From Octopus sinensis (taxonomy: Eukaryota), in assembly GCF_006345805.1 (NCBI RefSeq), contig NC_042999.1:53072001-53136000 (forward strand): 64,000 nucleotides of DNA, in the 5' to 3' direction. The translations under genes and the position numbers were made by a program. Positions 55,096 to 64,000 of this stretch are shown here, piece after piece. Within the stretch, counting starts at the first letter, position 1. Each line of letters begins with the position of its first letter. The notes under the pieces are model-generated. The model was not told the origin of the DNA. It did no database searches and saw only the letters and a program-made list of their open reading frames with translations.

Positions 55096-56995
55096 AATAT
55101 ATTAAAGCAGAAATCACACATTTGTGGAATAAAGTGCTTACAATCAAGGACCTTAAACGTTTGTTGCTGGAAACTGTTTCTCCTTTATTGGGAAATAATT
55201 CATTTCATGATGTGTTTCGTCACATTTGCCATAAAATTCGTATAAGTAGCAAAAGGATGTGTCCGACATCGGTTAAGTTTTAAAAAATCATAGAAATTAA
55301 ACCCTATCATTTAGAGACCTTCCTTCACTAAATAATGGTTTCAAATTGTAGCATCGACCCATAGCTGATTACATGGGCCCTTGTGTTCGTATGGTACTGT
55401 TTTTCATCTATCTCGAATGGGTGAATGGCAGAAATCAGCTTCGGTGGCATATGAAATCAGAATGTAAAGAGCCGGAAAAATGCCGCTGGACACTCTCCCC
55501 ATGCTTTAATGAGAACTTACGAATTCTCTAACTAAATAATAATGAATAGTGTTGCAAAAGATTAGTTGAATGTATGTGAAGAGAAGGTCAACAAGACTGA
55601 CAGCTGCTGCTTTGATGTTGTAGGTGACTTGACATCGAAATATCAATGACTACTCTCTTTCGTTAAGTAGTCGCCTGCACACACCGTGTATGTATATAAT
55701 TATGTATGCATTAGTTTGTGAATGTATGTGCCTGTATGTATCTACGTATGTAACTCTTTTCCAGTATATATGTGTATTCCTTGAGATTATTTAAATTCTG
55801 CTCAGAGTTAAAGCCACTCACTTTCAGAATCCAGCGAACTAGATAAATACAGTTTTTGTGATTCCACCCATATTAAAGATGTTCATACTTCTTTCATACA
55901 TGACTCTATGTTTGCTTTTATATTTGTAGAGATCTTTTTTAAATTATTCTAATTTTTCCTCTAAAGATGGAAATAAATAACAAAATTATTGCTAGATGTT
56001 ACTTAATGCAATTTAGGAAAATATATAATATTTCTACTGTTCCACTTGGAGTTTTAAAATCTCTGTCAGCTGGCCATGTTCTTCACTAGAACTCTTTGAA
56101 TATTCCAGATTGCCACAAGTCATTTGATAGCGTATCAAAAGGAATCAATAATTATTGTACTGTGGAGAATTCATAATCAGGTTGTGAAATTGCAAGACCC
56201 GAATATTTGGAAGGAATGTTTTTATCTGCAGAGCAACAGATCTGTATATCTCAAAATGATTTTTTCTTTCATGCACCGAGTAATTATATCAGGCATGTTT
56301 GGCGGACATTTTAAAGTGAGTGCTCATGAAATATTCCTTGTCTTCGTGTAAGTGCATTCTATAACACGATATTAAATCTATTCCAGACGAGTCCTTCTAA
56401 CAGATGATATTATAAAGTGTTTCAGCAACAACAATATTTCACAATGCAAGAAGTAGTATCTTGACGATATATTGGAGCAATTACTGACCATATGCATAAT
56501 ATTTCCTAGAAAAGCTAAGCGTAGTTCGTGGTATATTGGGGATTTAAGAACTGTACACTTTCTTTAAAATCATTTGGATGCCCTTAGTTATCTCCTACAG
56601 ATAAATTGCCCAATGGAATGCATAAATGCTTGAACGCACGTGTGTGTATGCGTACGTACGTGTGTGTGTGCGCACGGCATGCACGTACGTGGCATTGCTT
56701 TCTCTACAAAATCTCAGAGAGAGAATCTTTGTAGTATCGTTAAATATATTAATTTTATAAATTAATCCTTTATACAAGGTGTACTTGAGATATATTGTTT
56801 TGGTCTCGTTATTTTTACAAATCCCAACTCCACCAGTAACAGTATTCTATGCTAATATGTTATAATAAAAGCCAGTACTCTAGGGATAAAACCTTCAAAT
56901 GAGATTTTCTAACTGTAATTTAAAAAAACTCACTTTTGCATTTCCTATTGCGTTTCATTTTCAACAGACTTAGTCAAACCATTTATATCCTGTTT

Positions 56996-57114
56996 CTAAC
57001 TGGTCTCTACAACAATACATGCCAACCTAGAAACATCTCTCCGGTCAAACAGCTGGTCCGGAATATCTGCCAAATCCACTTTAAATAATACACTTCGTAT
57101 CGTACACAGTTGTC
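56996..57114 (-). CDS. Candidate exon B of an unidentified gene (GQLCTIRSVLFKVDLADIPDQLFDRRDVSRLACIVVETS*)
   Basis: Strong acceptor ctctctttgtttttAG. Its phase-1 start is compatible with exon A. It either ends at TAG (56996) or at a weak donor after 57027. Confidence 0.4.
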
Positions 57115-57655
57115 CTAAAAACAAAGAGAGTTGATCATGGCTGAACTACCCCAGAATAATATTAGAGATATCATTACTGCTAATATCCGTATTAGAGTTA
57201 TCACAACTTTTACTATTATCATTATTTGTGGTATTATCACTTCTAGTATTATCATTAAAGTATTATTGCCTTTAATATTACCATTAATACATTTGGTTGA
57301 TTAACGATAAACAACATCATAGAACAGAGGGAACGTTATTTTGTCTTGATTCTTATTTTAATAATAAACTAAATTTATCTTACATTAATGACATTCCATT
57401 ATTATTATTATTTATGCCTCCTTCCCTCTCTCTCTCTCTCCCTCACACACGCACACACACACTCTCTCTCTCTCTCTCACACACACAAACACTCTCTTTG
57501 TCTCTCTCTCTCTCTGTGTCTCTGTCTCTCCCTCTCTGTCTCGCTCTCCTGCATTACATCTTATTTGCCACTGACAATATAATCTCCCCCACTCCGTCTC
57601 TGTGTTATAATATAGTCTATATCTGTTGTCTCTCCAAAAGCCACTATTCTCTTAC

Positions 57656-57852
57656 CCTTGAGAATATCTCGAAATAAATGTTTCCCTTTCATATCAAGAA
57701 AACCTGAAACCGTATAAGAATCTTCCATATAAATTACTTGTCTCTTGGTAACATGATTTAACATATTTTGCGTCGAAAGATTTGTTTCAGACGAGACCAC
57801 TAAGGTATCCTTACCAACCCACGCAGCTCTTTCCAATGTGCATTCATTCAAT
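57656..57852 (-). CDS. Candidate exon A of an unidentified gene (LNECTLERAAWVGKDTLVVSSETNLSTQNMLNHVTKRQVIYMEDSYTVSGFLDMKGKHLFRDILK)
   Basis: acatttcattAG acceptor and AAGG|GTAAGA donor; 197 nt open frame with protein-like composition in non-repetitive DNA. Confidence 0.5.
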
Positions 57853-58398
57853 CTAATGAAATGTAATGTTCGATTATGCTTTTAACACTTTCGTTTGTCG
57901 ATTAATGACTTCGAAATTTTCAGATAAACAGCACGCTCTTATATAGACATGATGCTTAACAGTTATTTCCCTTTAAGTTCTTTTATTATTTCTGCACCTC
58001 TCACTAATCTTTCTGCAATTACACAGCGGTAGGCTTGGAAAATATCCTTCGGTATAAGCAAAGCATATTTTCACATAAGGAGGGAACCGTCTTGTGCCAT
58101 TACGGTTCTGAAATATGTGTCACACTTTTCAGACACTGATTGTCTATTAAATACTTTTGCTCCAGTCAGAGAATTTGAAAACGAAACCTTAAATATACGC
58201 TATTGCAAAAACAATTATCTCAGTCCACAATCACATCGGACGAGTGTTAATGGAGTCAGACATCTTTCTCTTGCTTTCTGAAACACATTCCAATCAAACT
58301 ATATCAATAAAAAGTCATTTGAATGATTTAGTACCAGAAATGGTCACCACATTACAACTATCTCCGCATCAACTCTCTATCCCTATCTCTCTCTATCC

Positions 58399-58444
<46 letters not shown>

Positions 58445-58910
58445 TTTCCTCTCCCTCTCTTTTTCACCTACCGTTATCATATAATTTTATCCTTTCCTAA
58501 ACACTTGATATACGACATCTAAATCCACACCTTTATCCCCAAAGCCTTAATATCCTCTCTAAGTTTTTTTCACCATCCTCCGCACCAACTTCAATGTTTC
58601 ATTATTCGTATTCACCACCACAAAACACCACAATTCTTCACAACCGAATTTATTCCTGCAGACCTCGACCTGCCACTATTCGACCTGACCTTTAACCATA
58701 TCAATCTAACCAAATTTTTGTTGTACTAATCAATAACTAGTAAAAGCTATTCAATCATTCTATATACACAGTGATTTTCAATGCGTCTCTTACGGTAACG
58801 CAATGTTTCAATATATTACATTAATCAATACATGTGATGTTTGTTGTAACAGCTATTTACATGATATTTATAGGTTTTTTGTAATTAGTAGTAGTAGTAG
58901 TAGCAGCAGC

Positions 58911-58951
<41 letters not shown>

Positions 58952-59086
58952 TAGTAGTAGTGGAAGCAGCAGCAGCAGTAGCATATAATATAGTAGTAGC
59001 ATATAAATGAGGGCAATGTCGTATGGATTATAATAACCGGCATGCTGCTGCTTACTATGTCTGTCTGAATTAGTCTGTGTGTGTGA

Positions 59087-59155
<69 letters not shown>

Positions 59156-59247
59156 AGCGTGTGTGTATGTGTGTGTGCGTGCGTCTGTGTGTGTGTATGT
59201 TTTGTTCATACACCTCTCTTCATCTTTTGTTTTCCTATAAATTTCAG

Positions 59248-59309
<62 letters not shown>

Positions 59310-59790
59310 GTATATATGCATTCATATGTGTATTATGTATGTACGTTTGTGTGTGTGTGTGTTTATTTCTTGAGCTATAAAAAGAATAGTGTACCAAGTA
59401 CTGTGGACGTGTTGCAGAGCGTGAATGTCAGTTGAGAAAATGAATGCAGCTATAGAGGTATTAATCTACACCCGACACATTTATCAGTATCTAAGAAGAG
59501 CATCGACGTTATCAGGACGATAAAACGAAGCCATCATAAAATGATGGCCAAAGACAAAAAAGAAAAAAAAAGAAAAACATCTGGAAAAAAATGGAAGCTA
59601 TTAACAGCAGTGATTTAAAAGGAGGAAACTGTGAATGGTTGATGAGGAAAATAGAAAGACAATATGAAGGAGAAAGTAAAAAAAGTGTATTTCTAGATAT
59701 TTTATTGGCCGAAACAGCAAAAATTATTTGAATGATTAAATACGAATGGTTCATACGTGGTCGTGGTGTTATACAAATTTATATATAACT

Positions 59791-59845
<55 letters not shown>

Positions 59846-59916
59846 TGCAAATTTAGGGTGAATACTTGATAAGTGTAAGCACCTGTATATGCCAGTTAGT
59901 AGCAGAGGTGAGAGGG

Positions 59917-60162
59917 TATATATCAAATAAAATCAAAAACCGAACACAAAGGATGTCGCGGTACAGGTGTTTCAAGCTTTATAAACGACCTGTTCTTACA
60001 TCAGTGTATAATAGATATAAAAGATGGTTTAAAGCTTTCTTCAGCCGCATTCTTTAAACCCTCTTTTATATCTATTATACACTGATGTAAAAACAGGTCA
60101 TTTATAAAGCTTGAAACACGTGTACCGCGACATCTTTTGTGTTCGGTGTTTGATTTTATTTG

Positions 60163-60169
<7 letters not shown>
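59917..60169. repeat. Inverted repeat, about 118 bp arms, 17 bp spacer
   Basis: 59917-60034 versus 60052-60169; I counted 6 mismatches. Confidence 0.92.
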
Positions 60170-60223
<54 letters not shown>

Positions 60224-60530
60224 TCGATTAAGCAAACAGAAGATAGATTTGGTATTCGTCTTTATCTTGTACGATGATGGTTTTGGCCCATCCTGCTACT
60301 GTTCTTTATGGGTCAGATTCTATGTATCATGTTGTGGTGTATCTATTTTGCAGTCTGGGTCACATCAAGTACATAAAGTGGTGTTTCGCTAAAGATTTTC
60401 AGTTTGGACAGTCATGTTGTTATGTTATTTGCCCGCTCCTGTTAGGGAATGAAGCGTTGCTACAATTGTCATTATAATTAAATGTCTATAACGAAAATAG
60501 TAAATAATTGTAAATATAAATATATACACA

Positions 60531-61290
60531 GTAGACAAGAAAGAAAGAAAGACAGAAATAAAGACAAAAATGAATAAAGATTAAGCAAAGGAAAGTAAAT
60601 TGGAAATGGACATAGGGGGATTAAATATCATTCAGCTTAAAACGAGGGATGAGTACTAGAAAACAGAAGAAAAAAGTTAAGAAAAAATATAGGCGCAAGT
60701 GAAAGTCTGTGGGTGAGTTGTCTTCATCTACTTACGACCGATCGACTTTACGACGATTGGCGCGCCATCTCCCGGCAGCAATAATATATAGTCCATTAAC
60801 CCGTCTACGGATGATGTGAGGAAACAAAAGCTTCCCCTAGGTTTGGTTATTGATCGCCACTGTGTTGGCTGACTATCCTGTCGCAGATATATCGAGGCAA
60901 CCTCGTATTTTTTTAGACTGCTTGAGGCTGCGAAACTTTTGACAAACGCCAATATAATAGTATAATACAAAATTGTGTGTGAGACTTTTATCTGAGAATG
61001 TACCTTAAGAATGTAAAAATATGAAACAAAGCAATGTAGGCCTATAGCTCGACTTACGACCAGTCAGTCGGAACCATTTGTGCTCGTAAGTCGACGACGA
61101 CCTGCGCACTGTAGACAAGAAAGAAAGAAAAACCGACTAAAAGCAAAGTACAAACAGGTTTAACAAAGGAAAGTAAATAGGAAATGTACGTTGGAGAGAT
61201 TAAATTACATTCAGCTTAAAACGACGGAAGAAAAGATTTTAAAAATTAGGGAAAAATGTGTGCAAGCGAAAGTATGTGGGTGAGTTAGGG
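60531..61290 (+). repeat. Old diverged direct repeat (60531-60720 / 61111-61290)
   Basis: Shared anchors gtagacaagaaagaaagaaa, aaaggaaagtaaat, cattcagcttaaaacga, gtgggtgagtt; offset 580. Confidence 0.8.
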
Positions 61291-61325
<35 letters not shown>

Positions 61326-61511
61326 TATGAGAAAGTTGGTTTGTGAAAGCACGTAATAAATTTGAAAAGCTGAACACGAAACCGGTCATTTCTTCTAAAC
61401 TATGTCATTGTAAGAAAAAAAATAATAACATTCTTCAGACATATTGACTCAAATATATATTTTTTAACCTTTTAAAACAAGCCTTCTGTAGTTTTTTCAC
61501 TTTTTACTATT

Positions 61512-61606
<95 letters not shown>

Positions 61607-61638
61607 TGTGTGTGTGTGAATACGTATATATATATATA

Positions 61639-61998
61639 GGCGCATCGGTGGCTGTGTGGTAAGTAGCTTGCTTAGCAACCGCATAGTTCTGGATCCAGCC
61701 TCACTGCGTAACCCCTTGCGCAAGTGTCTTCCATAACCACTATAACCACGGGCCGACCAAAACCATGTGAGTGGATTTGGTAGACAGAAACTGAATGCAT
61801 CTATATGTCTGTGTGTCTGTGTTTGTCGTTCCACCATCGCTTGACAACCGATGTTGGTGTGTTTACGTCCCCACAAATTATCTGTTCGGCAAAAAGACCG
61901 ATAGAATAAGTACTAGAATTACAAAGATTAAGTCCTGGAATAGATTTAATCCAATGGCCACCGTTAAATGGGTGAAACAAGTAAAAGAATAAAAGAAT
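61639..61998 (+). mobile_element. Full-length decayed Octopus-type SINE
   Basis: tRNA-like head, internal (TG) tract, and gaaacaagtaaaagaataaaagaat tail. Confidence 0.88.
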
Positions 61999-62065
61999 AT
62001 GTAATATACATACATATACACATGTATACACATACATACATACATACACACGTATATATATATTT

Positions 62066-62103
<38 letters not shown>

Positions 62104-62147
62104 TATATATAGGTATATATATACATATATATATATATGTATATAGG

Positions 62148-62179
<32 letters not shown>

Positions 62180-62235
62180 ATATATGTATATATATGTTAT
62201 ATATATATATATATGTATATACATATATATATATG

Positions 62236-62303
<68 letters not shown>

Positions 62304-63012
62304 ATATCGATATTAATAATACAATAATTGTTTCTTGTCAGGAACAAAAAGGTTAACAGGACTGCTATAGAAGTGCTCTATTGGAAGAGACAGAAATATC
62401 AAACTAAAATCATTGAACAAACAAATACAAGGTCATCCGCATATCATTTCATAATTCGAGCATTTAATTATAGAATAAACATATAACCCACAAGATGGAA
62501 CAAAATTCATCTGTATAGCACACAATAATAATAATAATAATAATATGGTGCGAGAAAAATTCTTATCATTAAAAATTTATATTTAATGTTTTAGCGTTTC
62601 AAAGAAAATACATTGATAAAGGACGTAGAAAGTAAAGTATAATATAAGTAATATATAAAAAATATATAGGTATATAAAATATAGGTATATAAAAATATAT
62701 AAAACATATATATATACATATAGGCGCATATAAAAAAATATATAATATATAACATGTAAATAAAGTAAAATAAGGTTCATCGTTTAGACATTTTATTAAA
62801 TAAATAATTCAGGTAAAATAAGCCTTATAGTTGAGAAGGAAATCATGTTTACTTATCCCTATGGCCATTTCAGGGGTGTATTATGTTTAAAGCACTAGGG
62901 TGCATTCAGATAATACCTCCTTCGTCAGGGGAAAAACATATATATATAAACACAAAGATAGACATCACGCACCAAGCCCGTACGGTGTTGTTTGCATTCC
63001 CACTATGGTATT

Positions 63013-63547
63013 CATGCTCGGATATATATATATATATGAAATTAACGGAATGCGACAAAAATCCAAGGCTAGGAAAGATTTCAGAACATTTATAAAGAGA
63101 AGGTCTTACACCAGTTTCCGGGATATTTTATATTTCCCTTCATCGGAAACGGTGCGATAAGATGGTCAATCAATAGTTATTCTAGGGAAGGTATGAAATA
63201 GAGAATGACGTGGAGGAATGAAAACAGGCGTGAGATATGCAGGGATATTGTATCTGCAGTTCCATTATTTAAGCAGAGGAAACAAATGTATACAATTTTG
63301 CTTAAATAATGGAACTACAGATACAATATCCCTGCATATCTCACGTCTTCATTCTTCCACTTCACTCTCTATTTCATATTTTCTCTAGAATAACTATTGC
63401 CTAACCATTTTCTCGCACCCTCTCCGATGAAGGGAGATATAAAATATCCCCGAAACAGCTGTAAGTCCTTCTCTTTATAAACGTGCTGAAATCTTTCACA
63501 GCCTTGGATTTTTATCTCATTCTGTAAATTTTTTATATATATGCATG
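63013..63547. mobile_element. Inverted pair (about 250 bp arms, about 24 bp spacer) of a hammerhead-bearing repeat
   Basis: 63013-63275 versus 63299-63547. Hammerhead-like motifs at 63421-63468 (+; CCGAUGA-a-gggagauau(aaa)auaucccc-GAAA-cagcug-UA) and 63103-63150 (-). Confidence 0.85.
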
Positions 63548-63680
63548 CTGATATATGATCTACGTTGGACTCTTCATTCGCCTAATCACCGAAACTGTAG
63601 CTTAACTATAGTCTGTCCATAGCACTTACTGAACATTACCTGACACTTTTGGGTTTTCTTCACACCTTTACCTCTCATAA

Positions 63681-63753
<73 letters not shown>

Positions 63754-64000
63754 TGTGTGTGTGTGTATGTATGTGTGTGTGTATGTCTGTATATATCACA
63801 AGTTTACAGTATCGACCAGACCATCAGATAGTGTTTTACACCGCTGGTCACAAAGTAGTGACTCTCCACTTACTGTCACACGCATCAAATGAAGGAATCT
63901 ACTAACACGTGGAAATATACAAGTCACTAAAATGTAAGCCTATAGCATTAACGAAATCTTTTCCTCTTTTCTATTTCTTTCTTTGCCTTCCTTTTCCCTC

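Noticed and set aside
56037-56396. Minus-strand 120-codon frame interrupted only by two TGA codons (considered Sec or A-to-I stop-to-Trp recoding)
   Set aside because: After checking coordinates it is not in frame with upstream segments. It shows no recognisable homology and is plausible by chance across six frames of 64 kb.
62900-62935. Minus-strand CTGACGAAGGAG hammerhead-like start
   Set aside because: No GAAA or pairing stem II/I downstream.

Overview
AT-rich, microsatellite-saturated eukaryotic DNA. The SINE families and repeat landscape strongly suggest an Octopus (coleoid cephalopod) intronic or intergenic region. No complete host gene is visible; the best host-coding signal is a phase-compatible pair of minus-strand exon candidates at about 57.0-57.9 kb. 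Recognisable content is almost all mobile-element derived: a near full-length, frameshifted 6 kb L1/Tx1-clade LINE (21.4-27.4 kb, minus); fragments of RTE, CR1-like, R4/Dong-like, HERO-like and Penelope-like retroelements; many tRNA-derived SINEs; two non-autonomous Helitrons; and a 1.66 kb tandem duplication that may be an assembly artefact. The most unusual signal is a set of short, Penelope-pLTR/retrozyme-like repeats carrying minimal type I hammerhead ribozyme motifs. Several sit in inverted pairs or a perfect palindrome, and several have non-canonical cores (a G3:C8 swap; recurrent U4C). All family assignments come from motif recognition and manual translation, not database searches. Coordinates of decayed elements are approximate.
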